Of a stretch of DNA of 64,000 nucleotides, positions 10,339 to 24,245 are shown piece after piece (position 1 is the stretch's first letter; each line of letters begins with the position of its first letter). The position numbers and the translations under genes were made by a program. The stretch is from Octopus sinensis (taxonomy: Eukaryota). The DNA lies in the NCBI RefSeq assembly GCF_006345805.1, contig NC_043003.1, positions 23,374,001-23,438,000 on the forward strand, given 5' to 3'. The notes beneath the pieces are model-generated. The model was given only the letters and a program-made list of their open reading frames with translations, was not told the origin of the DNA and made no database searches.

Positions 10339-12099
10339 GCCTAACGTGACACGTTGTATAAAGGTATCAGAAGTTACATGTTTGCGAAGCGAATATTTTA
10401 ACCACTTAACCATACAACCTAATAATACGTGGCTAACTCCTTCCACCAGTAATAGCAATGTATGTTTTAAAATAGTTATATATATTGAAGCACCGAATAA
10501 TATTTATAATGCTTTCAGTAGAGTCTATGTATGTATGTACGTCTGTCTGTCTGTCTGTATCTCTGTCTGTCTGTCTGTCTGTATGTATGTATGTATGTAT
10601 GTATGTATGTATGTATGTATGACACTTTGAAAATATACGTGCTCCGGTTCTTATATATTATTCACACTCACTTCTTTTGAGAAAAACAATGACACACAAC
10701 TCAGAGCCACCGAAGTAAGTGTAAGAAAAGGAAGATATTGTTTTCAGAACGAAAACTTAAACTTTAATGGTTCCAACACAGCGAACTCAGCTTGTAGTAC
10801 CTGAGTACCAGTGTGTGGTGATAATCTAAGTGTTTAATTATTTCTACAACACAAGCTGCGATCCAGCTGCTCTTCTTTTCATCAGCTATTCTACCTTTTC
10901 TCATGCTGACAGTGTCTAATTTATGACAACTAAATAATTGCTATTTCACCGAGTTCTACAACGCACTGGAATGTCATATATACATTCATATTCTGTATTC
11001 GAATTTAATATAGAATCATCTGCTTGTCAGATGAATTATATACACACGGTATAATTAAAATGCACGAACATTAAATTTTGTTTGCAGGTAATATTAAGAT
11101 ATTAATATTCGGGTATAATTTTTAATGGTTAAGAACGTTGCTTCGAAGTCACGTAGTATTGGACTCAGCGTCGCTGCGTACACCTTGGTGGTGGTGTGCT
11201 CTTCCATATCACGGCCTTTTCAAGTGAATTTGGTAAACGGCACCTTGTGAAAGCTGGGCGTATTTACATATAAGGACATAAATTTATTTGTATTTATATA
11301 TATACATATACACGTGTACGTGTAATTGTCTTCTTTTGACACTCCCCACTTGAGAAATAATGTTGTTTTGTTTACGTTGAAGTAAGGAGTGGTTCGTCAT
11401 AGAAATCGATAGAATAAGTACTAGACTCCAAAAATAAATACTGTGGTCGATTTGATAGACGAAAATCTATAAGATGTCACAAATTTGCCGCACTCCAATG
11501 AGTGAAACAAGTAAAAGAATTATTCATAATTTCATCCTCCATAACGAATGTCCATTTGCTAAAAATTTATAAATTTATCAATGACGTATCAGTTATCCGA
11601 TTTGAGTTGGTATGAGTTCACCTTTCTTAAAGTACTAAGTGTTTGATTATCGAAAAAGAGCCGCAACATATTTCTTATGTTTATCAGTATATTAGCTATA
11701 AGAGTTAAGGTGCAATCTTAAAACAAACGAATAGCGATTATAGTTACTGTGAGGCATCGGTTTTATTATTCATAAGTCATACGTTAATGAGCACTGCAGA
11801 CTAGACTTGCTGCGGGCGAAGAAACTAATAAAAACAATTTAGATTCTCATATTTAGTAATGCCAATTTACTATACATTCCTAAAGAGATTAAGATGCTAC
11901 AGTAACACTACCAACATCTTCAGTGTAACATATAACTAAGACAATATGTTCTTATAATATTGCCAATATGTTGTAGCCGAAACGGAGGATTGGCTTTTGA
12001 TATTTAGATCGGGGTTTATACGTTTAGAGTTCAAAGCTACACAACGTCCACTGTGTCTAAAATCCTCCCGATGTTGATTAAATAGTGTCCGGGTGTACT

Positions 12100-12260
12100 G
12101 GAGTCGATATCAAATATTGACTCCAGTAATCTCTGAGGTGGATTTGTCTTTCATCCTTTCGGGATCGACAAGGTAAATACTAAACTAGTACTGCAGTATA
12201 TGTAGTCGACTTATTCCCTCCCCACCAAATTTCAGGCCTTATGTCTATAGTACATTTGTG
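12100..12260 (+). mobile_element. SINE family 3, degenerate copy
   Basis: GAGGTGGATTTGTCTTTCATCCTTTCGGGATCGAC...GTCGACTTATTCCC...CAGGCCTTATG. Confidence 0.7.
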
Positions 12261-12544
12261 TTCATTTTAGATCTGGGTGTAAGATATATATATGTGTATA
12301 TATGTGTATTTACCTCTGGGTTTCACACTGCCTTATCCTGTAGTGGGGACTAAAATCTATAAATTATATACGCCAATTTTTCATATAAACAATAGTACAT
12401 AATAGGTTCCTAAACATAGCGGTACGTATTCTTAGCCAATTATGAATAACATCTTTTGACCTTGCACACAACACAAATCCAAATGCACACTAAAACTTAG
12501 GGACGTGGGCAGAAAATAAATTGAAATATTTTAATGTCTATATT

Positions 12545-12744
12545 TGTCACTATATATACATAAAATACAGACATATACATACTACATACACATACATACA
12601 TACATACATACATACATACATACATACATACATACATGCATACATACATATATACATACATACTTTTATACAAATATATATTTGTACACATATATATGTA
12701 TGTATGTATATATATATATATATATTTACATATACATATATACG

Positions 12745-12775
<31 letters not shown>

Positions 12776-12865
12776 ATGTGTGTGTGTAAGTATCTATTTC
12801 TCTCTCTCTCTCTGTCTCTCTCTCTCTCTGTCTCTGTCTCTCTCTCTCTCTCTCTATATATATAT
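12545..12865. repeat. (ATAC)/(TA)/(TG)/(TC)n compound microsatellite
   Basis: Direct inspection. Confidence 0.95.
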
Positions 12866-12879
12866 AAGAATTTACAACG

Positions 12880-13149
12880 AGAGTAAAGAAGAGTAAACAA
12901 GAGAGACAGAAACAGGCAGAAACAAGGAAAATGCCACTTGTATTTGAACACTCTTTTACTTGTGTCAGTCATTTGACTGTGGCCAAGCTAGAGCACCGCC
13001 TTTTCTTCGAGCAAATCGACACCAGGATTAAGCATAGCAATTATTCTATCGGACTCTTAGCCGAAGCGCTAAGTTACGGGGACGTAAACCCACGAGCATC
13101 GGTTGTCAAGCGATGTTAGGGAGGGGGGGACAAAGGCAGACACACAAAC

Positions 13150-13214
<65 letters not shown>

Positions 13215-13345
13215 CGACGAGTTTCTTTCAGTTTCCGACTACCAAATCCAATCATAAGACTTTGGTAGGCTCGAGGCTATAGTAGAAGACACTTCCCAAG
13301 CTGCTACGCAGTGGGACTGAACCTGAAACCATGTGGTTCGTAAGC
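12880..13345 (-). mobile_element. SINE family 2 with internal microsatellite
   Basis: Reverse-complement homology to 37768-38162 (head ~13345-13215, (CA)/(TA)n 13140-13215, tail to ~12880). Confidence 0.85.
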
Positions 13346-13388
13346 AAGCTACTCTTATTCATTAAATTTGCCATATAGGCAAATATAT

Positions 13389-13425
<37 letters not shown>

Positions 13426-13539
13426 CACACCACACATCACATCACAAGACACCACCACGCACACACCAGCACTGACCAATTTCCATCCCCAGATTTTCAC
13501 AACTACACATACACACACGCACATACGTACTCTCTTACA

Positions 13540-13775
13540 CACACGCGCACCTTCGTTTTGGGATCACTACTACTTTGTTATCTCCCCTACTTCTTAGGCC
13601 TCCTACACAAATTTTATTTTCTCTCCTTGTTTCTTTCTGTGTTCCTTTCTGTGGAAGAGCGTAGGCTCGAAACTTTAAAGACTTTTTCAATTGCTGAGCG
13701 TTATACTAAAACATCTGTTTCTTTTCTATAACACCTGTGTTCATCTTTTGGTTTTTCTTTCGTGAATCCTCCCCA
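13540..13775 (+). mobile_element. Penelope-like 3' tail fragment (tail family 1)
   Basis: Homologous to 40560-40870; contains the HHR-like motif at 13645-13680. Confidence 0.6.
13645..13680 (+). ncRNA. Minimal hammerhead-ribozyme-like motif (decayed)
   Basis: CTTT-CTGTGGA-A-GAGC-GTAG-GCTC-GAAAC-TTT-AAAG. Confidence 0.5.
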
Positions 13776-13811
13776 TACATATGTGCGCGCGCGAGCGTGT
13801 GTGTGTGTGCA

Positions 13812-13864
<53 letters not shown>

Positions 13865-14686
13865 TTTGGAAATTCACCTAATTGATTATTCTGAACTTAC
13901 TTTCCCAACTTCCGATATTTTTTTTTTTTGATAATCACTGAGTGTGCGCACGCGTACACGCACACACACATACATTTAGTACGAGAAGTAGAAATTTTGC
14001 ATTACATATATGGGATATATTGTACTATAAGTAGTATCATTATACTTGAAATTGAAAATATCGTTTAGTATTCATTGTACGCAGCATTATAGATATGTAT
14101 TTTATTTTTCCTTTCTTTCATTTCCTCCAGTTTTACTTGTTCTGAATATAAAACTACACAACAAGTTTAAAGATCTAATTTATGTAAAACACATTTATGA
14201 ATGTGATCTACAGGGGAAAAAATGGTGGAAAGCGTAATATACAGAGTGAAATTAAAAAGGCTGAGAGAAGGGAAACCTTTCATATATTTATTTGTATAAA
14301 TGGAGAAGTTTTAACGATAATTTCTAAACGATATTCCTGCAACATGTTTCTCTTTTTCTCTGAATAGTTAATTAGCCGAAACCTCGTGAGATTTGATACT
14401 GTCATTATTCATGAGATATACCGTCTTCGTTTACAAGATTTAAGTATATTGTATATTTGCCGAATCTTCTAGCAAATAGCTGACTGAATTTAGTTATGAG
14501 CATCCCATTACAAGTGCAGAAAACTGTGATTTCAAAACCATAACTGATATTAGAATTGTGTATAATAAACACTACAAATCTCTTGTGAGACAAAAGAATG
14601 ACAATTTAGCGGTTTATATATTGAATAAAAGAAAAACATTTTACTGCTGTAAATGTTAAAATATGTCCAATAAATACAAGATAATA

Positions 14687-15197
14687 TTGGGTTGTCCGGA
14701 AAGTTCGTGCCGATTTATAGTAGCTTACATTTCGACTTGTTTTAGAACATGGTTTAAGCAATCTTTTCGTGGAAGAAGGTTTATGTTCATATAATGTGTT
14801 AATTCTGTAACCCTTTAAAATGGAAGAAAGTTCAGTTTCGGCACTTGATATTTTGGGAACCAGACAAAAATTGTTGCAGCTAGGCTGGGATGTGTTACCC
14901 CACCTTCCATATTCACCAGGTATTGCTCCTTCGGATTTCCACTTATTCAGGTCTCTGCAGAATAGTCTTAATGGTAAAAATTTCGATTCCTTGGATGACG
15001 TAAAAAGATACCTTGAGGAATTCTTTGCCATGAATCCACCTCAGTTCTGAGAAGAGGGTATTTTCAAGTTTAAGGAATGGTGGAGATGCATTGTGCAACA
15101 AAATGGTTCATATTTGGTTGATTAAAAATGTAATGTCAATTATTTATTGACCTTTTTCTTTCCTTAAACATCGGCACGAACTTTCCTGACAACCCAG
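14687..15197 (+). mobile_element. Non-autonomous mariner (internal-deletion derivative), copy 2
   Basis: Same TIRs as 3395-3959, TA flanks (14685-14686, 15198-15199), same fusion junction, LGWDVLPHLPYSPGIAPSDFHLF. Confidence 0.95.
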
Positions 15198-15200
15198 TAG

Positions 15201-15950
15201 ATAATGCGATTTCAAATTTTAGCACAAGACCAATAATTTAGGAGAAGGGAATAAGTCGATTATATCGACCCCAGTATTTATTTTATCGACCCTGAAATGG
15301 ATGAAAGGCAAAGTCGATCTCGGCAGCATTTGAACCCAGAACTTAAAGACGGACAAAAAGGGATTAAGTCGATTACATCTAGATTACTTAATCTATCTAC
15401 CTCGAAAGAATGAAAGGCAAAGTTGACCTCGGCGGAATTTGAACTCTGAACGTAAAGGTAGACGAAATGCCTCTTTCTTTACTACCCACAAGGGGCTAAA
15501 CACAGAGACGACAAACAAGGACAGACAAACGGATTAAGTCGATTATATCGACCCCAGTGCGTAACTGGTACTTATTTAATCGACCCCGAAAGGATGAAAG
15601 GCAAAGTTGACCACGGCGGAATTTGAACTCAGAACGTAGCGGCAGACGAAATACCGCTAAGCATTTCGCCCAGCGTGCTAACGTTTCTTCCAGCTTGCCG
15701 CCTTCAGATAATATATAATATTATCAACAACAACAACGACAATAATTTTTTCAGATTTGACACAAGGCCAGCATTTTCAGGTGAAGGGTTCAGTCGCTTA
15801 CATCGACCTCAGTGCTCAATTGATACTTATTTTCTCGACTCCGAAACGATGAAAGGTAATGTCGACCTTGGCGGAATTTGAACCCCGAAAGTAATGTACG
15901 AAATATTCATAAGCATTTTTACGGCGTTCTAACGATGTTGCCTGCTTAAT
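15201..15950 (-). mobile_element. Cluster of 4 co-oriented SINE family 3 copies
   Basis: Core ATCGACCCCGAAAGGATGAAAGGCAAAGTCGACCTCGGCGGAATTTGAACTCAGAAC recurs near 15290, 15410, 15590 and 15850; full tRNA-like head ends at ~15702. Confidence 0.85.
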
Positions 15951-16039
15951 ACTAATAATGAGAAATATCAGTATTTAACCAGAGAGCTGAAGAGATTGTG
16001 GATGAACAGGACAACAACTGAAAAGAAAAAAGAACCAGT

Positions 16040-16275
16040 TCGGTCATGAATGACCATGGGATTGCACGTAGAAAGATATCCCCCGAAGCACGAGATTTGG
16101 CAAGGTTGTTTATGGGAGAACAGCAGTCGCCTACACATACCGGCCTCCCTATCCATGCCACCAGTGTAAACCAAGGGAAAGGCAAAGGCCGATACGATTT
16201 GCCACCAGTGACGTCGCAACTCATTTCTAGAGCTGAGTGAACTGGAACAAAGTGAAATAAAGAACAAAACACATG
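16040..16275 (-). mobile_element. CORE-like SINE (head type B, 5'-truncated) with a third tail type (Z)
   Basis: Minus strand: TTTATTTCACTTTGTTCCAGTTCACTCAGCTCTAGAAATGAG then ...GGTATGTGTAGGCGACTGCTG...GTGCAATCCCATGGTCATTCATGACCGAA. Confidence 0.6.
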
Positions 16276-16854
16276 TTGTAAAATAGTATATATACATTCC
16301 CCTGATATAATTTACATTATATACACATTGATGCATATGTATATATAATGCAAACGTCCTTCGAGTGAATGTGTTTCCTAGTTGTGGAACGACAAGCAGC
16401 AGTATAAGGAGTAGAAATAGAAAGAATTAGATTCAAGTAGCACACACGTCTCACTACCAACCCTGTAAATTTCTCTGCCGACTTCAGAGGAAAGTATAAG
16501 GAAGACCTACACTGCTACGAGCACAACAACAACAAGAACGATAGGAAAATAGTAAATCATAACAACAGCAACAATAGCATTGATAATAGACACCAACGAA
16601 AGAACAACAGCGTCTGCTTCCCCGATCAAACGAAGTATTACAGCAAGGTTTTGCCATCAACAAATAAAATATAGACAGGTGATCACAACTGAGCTCATTT
16701 CTCGTTGTCCGTCAAGATCTGAGCAAAAATTCTCTCGGCAAGTATCTTTCCCGAGTTAAAAAAATCGAAAATTAAGACACGAAATTTTATTTGAAGTTAG
16801 AATATTCTGCTATTCAGCAGGGAGCCCCCCCCCCACAAACACACCTACGTAGTG

Positions 16855-17170
16855 CCACTACCAAGAACACCATCATCCTTACCAAAAACACCGATACCAC
16901 CACCACCACCACCACCACCACCACCACCACCGCCATCACCACCAGCACCACCAACACCGGCACCATCACCACCACCACCACCACGACCACCGCCGCCACC
17001 GCCATCATCACCACCGGCACCACCACATTCACGACCACCACCACCACCGCCATCACCACCACCGGCACCACCACCACCACCACTACTCCCACCACTACCA
17101 CCGCCATCACCACCACCATCACCTCCACCGCCACCACCAATACCACCACTGCCACCACCGCCACCACCAT
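16855..17170. repeat. Imperfect (CAC)n repeat
   Basis: Direct inspection; yields poly-Thr/Pro/Val ORFs. Confidence 0.9.
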
Positions 17171-19044
17171 AACGTCAACAATTGCCAAACCTACAACCAT
17201 ATCGACAATAAAAGCAACACAACAACATTATGAAAAATTCCCGAAACGTCAATAGGTCTAGAAAACCAGAAGAATACCAACAGCCAAACACACAAGAACT
17301 GTTTCTCACAATTTTCGCCGCTATAATGTATGTGTATGTTGTTGTTTAGTTGCTACGAGTGGCTTAAACTGGTGGTGGAATGCCTACCCTGACTACAATT
17401 GAAAGGGGTATTTCAAGAGATATTTATTCCGATGGATGCATTCAGGAACCATATTTTGATTGTATTCAGCGTATTGATGGATTGCGCAAGAAGGTTTTAT
17501 TTCCTTTCTTCTCTCATGCACCTGCCAAATAATATCGAGGATAACTTGTATACATTTATTTCATCAATTCCTCATTGATCCAGTTCCGAAAAAGAAACCG
17601 CCAAAGTGACGTAAATGCATGTTACGTAAATCTGGGCTTTCTTTTATTTTTTTCTTACATTCGAAATATTACTCATCTCTGGATTCCTGTGTTTCTTTTA
17701 TATAACAACGTTGACCTTGCTTTCTCACATCATCTCCGCTTGAGGTTTTTAATCAAAACTGGTAAACAAAGATAATTACGTGATCGATATCTGATCATAG
17801 CCGAATCGAAAAACTTTCTTTGACTGTAAAGACAATAGCTTTGTCTTTCAAAGACTGTTGGAGTTGTTTTATAAAGATATACGATTGATTTTTTATACTG
17901 TTGTTATAGCTACTCAGAATACTGACTGTCCATATTATAACGACATAGATTATTCAAGAATATAAAAGGGATGGATGGCAAAATGTTTCCCGTTCTTATA
18001 TCATTTATTGTAAGGGATTACGGAATCTAAGCATCAGTTTCGATTTTGAATCAACGAGGATTTCAATGGAAATGTTGGTTATTCATTGTAATTATATTGC
18101 GCAAACAAATATCAATACAACAGCTAAACCAGCAGTTCGTTCCAACTAGCTGTGCATACAGTTGTGTTCCATTCTTAAAGAAAACATCGGTTGTTGGCAA
18201 TTTTCATTTCGTCCTGAAATGTTCACCGCATATTGTTACATTTCCTTGAAATAACTGCCTCCTTTTGCCAAAAGAATATGCGTGCCTACATTGGTGTCTG
18301 TGAGTAGACATGTGTGTATATATATATATATACATATTCGCATGAGGATATGTATGTACATATGCATATACAGACACACACACACATATATCTATATAGA
18401 AGATATAATTAAGATTCAGTAGAGTTACGTATTTAAATTGAAGCCCCATAGTGGTTCGGTATTATCCGCACAGATATAATATAAGGAAACAATGTAATTA
18501 TTTTGGTTTCTATTATTGATATAAAATTAAATGCAAGGGACATTTTTCTTTTTTCTGTCTGTCTGTCTCTCTTTTATTACTCTTGTGAAGACTTCGTAAC
18601 AGGCAGTAGGTAGTAGTAGTCCTAAAAGAATATTTGATATTAATTCTCGGATTTGATTTTTTAAATGGCTGGAACATGAATATATATACATGTGTGTGTG
18701 TATTTGCTTCGGTATTTTGACAAAGAAATGTAACGTTTGATATATGTATGTGTTCTTTTAGTGAGGGAGAGAGAAAGAAAAAGAAAGAGAGACAAAGAGA
18801 GACAGAAAGTGAGAGAGAGAGAGAAAGAAAGAAAAGAAGAGAAAGAGAGAGAGAATGAAAAAGATAGAAAGAAAGAGAAGGAAATAGATAGAGAAGACAG
18901 AAAATCATAGGGAGATGTTTGGTTTTAGTTTCACTTTGTGGGAGAAAGAAACAGATAGAATTTCTCTTTTATATATATAGATATAAGATATATATATATA
19001 TATATATGTATACATATATACATACATAATACACACACACACAC

Positions 19045-19400
19045 ATATATATACTATCTGTTTCAAGTAGTAGACTGCGGCCATGCTGGAGGAAAGCATT
19101 GTATAAGATTTATTCGAATGAATCAACCTCAGTACTTATTTTTTTTAAATCCTGATAATTATTCTATCGGTCTGTTTTGGCGAATTACTTAGAACAACAC
19201 CGCTTCTCTAGTACTTCACAAACATTAAGACACACAAACACGCATACAAACAAACATATATATATACGACATGGCTTCTATCAGTTTCCCTCTAGCAAAT
19301 CTACTCCCAAGGCTTTTGTCGGTCCGAGGTTATAGTAGAAAACACTTGTTCAAGGTGCTACGCAGTTGGACAGAACCCACAACCATGCAGTTGGGAATCA
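19045..19400 (-). mobile_element. SINE family 2
   Basis: Reverse-complement homology to 37768-38162, partly deleted. Confidence 0.8.
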
Positions 19401-19439
19401 AGTTTTTTACCACATAGCCATACCCATTGGAAGATATAA

Positions 19440-19920
19440 AGTAAACTAAAAAAATGAAAAAGGAAAAGAAACGAAAACATTGCTGTAGCTTTAACTTATA
19501 TTTCTATATTTTGGAGCTATAACACCTTCTTCAGAACATTTCGAAAGTGGCGGATAGAAAAGGTCGTTGCTGAGATATGTGGGGAGGGAGGAAAAAGATG
19601 GCACATGGAGGATAAAAAATAATGGAGGAAGCTGATATGCGCAAACTGGTGTACCGATAATAACCAGTCTGATTCATGTAGTTCCTTTCTGTAGTCTATG
19701 GCTGGTTACAGTGTGTTGATAAGGAGGGCCTTCATGATTCTAAGATTGCCCCACTTGATTTTTTTTATCGCCCCTCTTACATTTCGAGGTTTGGCACTTC
19801 TTTAAGTGCTTTTTGTCGAAGTTCCTGTACGTAGTACTTTAGCCTGGTACATTTACGTGCGGTTTTGCATAATATTTTATAAATTGGTTAAGACAATCTG
19901 GAGACAGCATTTAATAGGTC
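19440..19920 (-). mobile_element. Penelope-like element 3' end (degenerate GIY-YIG C-terminus + tail)
   Basis: KWGNLRIMKALLINTL*PAIDYRKEL resembles a GIY-YIG C-terminus; followed by CTGAAGA-AGGTG..CTCC-AAAATATA-GAAA, an HHR-like motif (19501-19540). Confidence 0.55.
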
Positions 19921-20509
19921 TTATTCTTACTTCTAGTAAATTACATCAAGCCGTAAATATGTTCGTAAAATGAAACTACCGAAATGTACTTGTGCTAGCG
20001 TACCGTTAACTATGATTCCATTCACCCGTAAATTGCATCTATTGAAAGTACTTGAGCCCGTGAAGGTAATTTTACAACAGCAAGGAAGCAATATAATACA
20101 GGTAAAAGGACCCAGACCCAGCTTTGGTGAGATGTTTTCATTATCTCTCACAGTGTAACATTTACGCCTTCCTTCGTTGCAGCGGTGAAATAAAAGCGTT
20201 TCATTAATGCAAGACACTTTTAGTGTTATTTTTATGCATTTATCGATACACGAGGGAAACCTGTGTTACATATACGGAGAAGTATTGGCGTACAAATTCA
20301 GATGTAGACCAATTCAGTTAAAGTGATTTGACTGCAATGGAATAAATGGAAAGATACACATGCATGTATTTCCATACGCACACACAGGCTCGTTCACGCA
20401 CATAAACACACGCATACGTGTGTGTGTGTGTGTGTGTGTATGTGTGTATGTATTTCGATATGCATGTTTATATACAGATACATTATACATATATGAAAGC
20501 ACACGTATG

Positions 20510-20810
20510 AGTGGTCAGGGTATCCGGCTCACGATCGTAATATCGAGAGTTCGATACACGGCGCAGCAAGTTGCCTCCTTGAGCAAGACACGTTATTTCA
20601 CGTTGCTCTTGTTTATTCAGCGAGCAAAAATGAATTGCATCTGTATTTCAAAGATGCGGCCTTTTCACAATCGATGTGTCACACTCGATATCCCTGAGAA
20701 CTACGTAACTGTGGAGTGCTCAGGCACTTGCACGTTAATTTTGCGATGAAGATGTTCTGTTAATCGTATCAAGTGGAATACTCGTCGTCGACACCGACGG
20801 AGAGCCAAGC
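20510..20810 (+). mobile_element. tRNA-derived SINE (CORE-like head type B + tail type Y)
   Basis: GTGGTCAGGG...GAGTTCGATAC...CCTTGAGCAAGACACGTTATTTCACGTTGCTC, then CTGTATTTCAAAG...CTCGTCGTCGACACCGACGGAG, ending in (TATC)n. Confidence 0.75.
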
Positions 20811-20812
20811 TA

Positions 20813-20897
<85 letters not shown>

Positions 20898-21719
20898 GTC
20901 TGTCTGTCTGTCTCTTGATAGATAGATTAAACAGGTAGATAGGTCGGTATGTAGGCAGGTATGTGGTAAAATAAAAGGATTAGGTAGAACAGTTTTTAAC
21001 TTTCTCGCGATCGACCAAAAGTAATACACACACATATACACGCGCGCGCATTTATGTATGTGTGTGTTTTGTGTATACATATATAGACAGAGATATGTGC
21101 ATGTATATGTATGTATATATATATTTATATATACATATTGATATATGTATGTTTATATGTATATATGTATGTGTATATATATAGTTGTGATTAAAGTAAT
21201 CACTATTTGTAATTGTAAATTATTGGCTGCTGTGTAGAAATCAATATATTAGCAACGAAGGATTAGGTATTTAATACAATCAGATGGATCCATATAATGT
21301 TATTACAAAATATCAAGCAGAATGTGTTTTTTCTTTCTTTCTTTATAAAAGTTTATCAACAAAATATTTAAAAGAGAAGCACAGAAGAAAACAACTGCAA
21401 AACATTCAACATTTCAAAAGTTTTGATGATTTAAAAGTGGCAACCGACACTAAGCCAGTCATTCTGCAAACAGGAAACTTAATTTCAAATGAAAGGTATT
21501 GACAAAGGATTAAAATATATATCAGGTAAGCAGATATCTTTCAAAAGCAATTAGAAATCTTAATCCTGTGTAGGTATTAAGGAAAATATATAACAGTCTA
21601 ATATTTTGTGCAAGAGTTGCAAATATTTTATATCTAATCTGGATATTTGGCTACATCGGATGCAATATTTATAAGAATATTCTTCTACCTAAAGGGGTCA
21701 TAAAGAAATGACTTGCAGT

Positions 21720-22115
21720 CTGTTTAATGACTGTGTGTCTTGGATACATCCATGCCCTGAACATTGAGAAGTCCTTGATTGCATCATTCATTAATGCAAC
21801 AAGAAAGACGTCACTGTCATCAGGAGGGCAAGAAAGGCAGACAACTGTGGAGCGGACCACATACTTACCGTCTGCCAATTCAGAATTTCCGTTTACCGTC
21901 AAGAAGAATATTCGACAATTCGAAACGTAAAGTTCAAGCTAAGAATTTCCAAGAATACATCAAAGACCAGCTGGCAAACGGGCCCGCCAACACTAAGGTC
22001 ACAAATGAAAAGTGAACTGCAGTCCGAAACGTTATATAAAAATGTGGTGAGAACAACACTGGCTGCACGAAAACGAAGAGTCAGGACTGGTCGGAGGAAA
22101 CAGGAAGAAGGAATC
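21720..22115 (+). mobile_element. RTE-clade LINE fragment (end of the endonuclease domain)
   Basis: SWIHPCPEH*EVLDCII...KKDVTVIRR...CGADH...SQDW, a decayed WMHPRSKHWHLIDY...DCWTDH...DWF motif series. Confidence 0.7.
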
Positions 22116-22714
22116 TCGATCGTATGTAAAATGAACTCTGAAAACGTTTTTAGTACGGTGAGATACAGGGGCTGAAATAAGTCCAAGTATTTCAACAGTG
22201 CATCATGAGCCACGTAAAAAATATTTGCATACGATGCAGTTCATACAAAACGGAACACTTAGAAATGATACGTACTGCAGCACCTGCAGCAGTAACTTCA
22301 TGCTTAAGAGCTTACGAATTTATAATTAATCGCTATGTAAATAGAAGCACATTCTCCTTATACAAAAAAAAAACAAAACAAAAAAACGCATTATATTATA
22401 CGAAAACGACGTTATGTAAACAAAAATATTTGGCTGATCCAAAAAAAAAAACAACAAAAAGACATAGGATAATGTTTTATTAGATATGTCTAGGTGTCTA
22501 TTTACGGAAACACGAATTTGTTTCGCAGAATTAATGATGGGAATTAGCACTTGTATGTATTACATTTAACAACTTCGTATTAGGTAAATGTTTTTATACT
22601 ACGTCAAAAGTTTGAGGTTCTTTCGCATTCTATATATGTTTATTCACTTAAAACTGAAATTATTCTACGTATGCATGTATGTATGCATGTATATATGTGC
22701 GCGCGTGTGTGTCT

Positions 22715-24245
22715 TCTATTTTTTAAATATTATAAATCTTCCACTGAGGAGGGAGCCGGTTTCAAGGCTCCATCTTTGGGATGTAGTTAACAGAGACAAA
22801 TTCACATTTAGAACTTGAGAAAAGTCTTGCATATTTTTACTGTTCCACTCACAGATTGCACTGTGAATTAGCCGGTCGATTTCTCTTTCTGAAAATCTCA
22901 GTTTATCCAGATTCTCCTCGAAGCATTAACTAACAAAACCAAGCGCTCCAATTATCATAGGTATGAATATGAAATAATAGTCTGGATATAGAAGCTGGAG
23001 CTTTCGAAGCAGTTGTCCATAGATGTTCGCTTTTCTTTTGATTTTCAGAGAGATATTTATATCTGCAGGGCAGCTAACGTCTATGACGGTACATGCCTTT
23101 GCCCCTCCCAAACAACAATACCTGGCCTGTTATGTCTATGTTGACAGAAGTTTTGATGGGAATATTCCTCCAGTTTTCCTTGAGATGGTGTTTATGAATG
23201 TATTCCATAACAGGGATTTTCTAAGATAATTTCATGGCAGGCTTTGTTGCGGATGACAACATCGTGCCGCATAGGGAGGTAGTACCGTGACGATATTTTA
23301 GGACACCTGCTAATCACATGCATGATGTCTTCCACACAAACAGAGTATAACCTAAACATGCGGTTGCACCTTGGGATTACGAGAGCGTCACTGTCTCTCT
23401 TGTTCACCAGGTACTCTGTGGCAATCTTTTGTTACTGGATTGCAAATTCATAGCCTTCAATGTGTGATGTGATGTGGTGGTCTTGTGTCGAAGGGAGGCT
23501 GTGCTCCGTGTCAATTCTACTGTCTTCTTCAACTTCCGGGCAACATACCCATGCATAGTCTTTTTTTTCTTGTATGCTGAGTGCTTTCCATCGAGGTCTT
23601 TTCTGAGGTAAGAGAGCCCGGCTGTTTTGGGGCTGTATAGGTGATCATAAGGAAGAGAGAGTTTCTTGAGGAGCTCACTGCCAACATGTACAATGTTGCT
23701 CACTTCATTTCCAGATTTCCAGCTTTATATTCATATATTTATTTTTTCTGCTATTGTTCAACAGGTGCTGCCTGATCATACCACACGGCATCCGAAGACC
23801 GTTATACAACCTTCATTTCTCTTAGATAGAGCCTGTCAACCTCACTGTTTCTCTGAAAGTTCCTAGTTGTTGTCAGGATTTTGCGTGTTTTGATATCTAT
23901 GGAGTGGACCTCCTCTACAGACCAATCAAGTATCCCAGATGGTGGAATCAGCTCTGATACTGCAAATGCATTGTGGGATATTGTTTTGTTGTAAGAGGAG
24001 AGTTCCGACTGCCATATTTTCCTAAGTCTGGTGTAATTTTTCTCGGGTCACTTTATTTTTATTTACAATACTTTCATATGATGCATTTTCATCTATGCCT
24101 AGGTACTTGTAACATCCTTTGTGTGGAATGGGGGAGATGGAAAGACCGTTGATACACAGGTTTTAGGTTTGGGGAACTGACTTTCCTCGTTTCATAACTG
24201 AATATGAACATTCCTTTTGGCCAAATTCCATGCCTATACCAGCTC
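22715..24245 (-). mobile_element. 5'-truncated R4/Dong-clade retrotransposon (RT C-terminus, Zn knuckle, RLE endonuclease)
   Basis: GIGMEFG, CYKYLGIDE, RKIWQSELSSYNK, IDIKTRKIL, VDRLYL, EDIMHVISRCPKISSRYYLPMRHD, CTVIDVSCPADINI..K..K...YGQLLRKLQLLYP...IPMIIGALG...CKTFLKF*. Confidence 0.9.

Noticed and set aside
19933-20217. Overlapping 94-aa and 62-aa ORFs
   Set aside because: No motif recognised; may be decayed PLE sequence upstream of 19440-19920.
21284-21680. Possible Ginger/Gypsy integrase Zn-domain relic (VGIKENI..C..C)
   Set aside because: Too degraded, with many stops; the resemblance could be chance.
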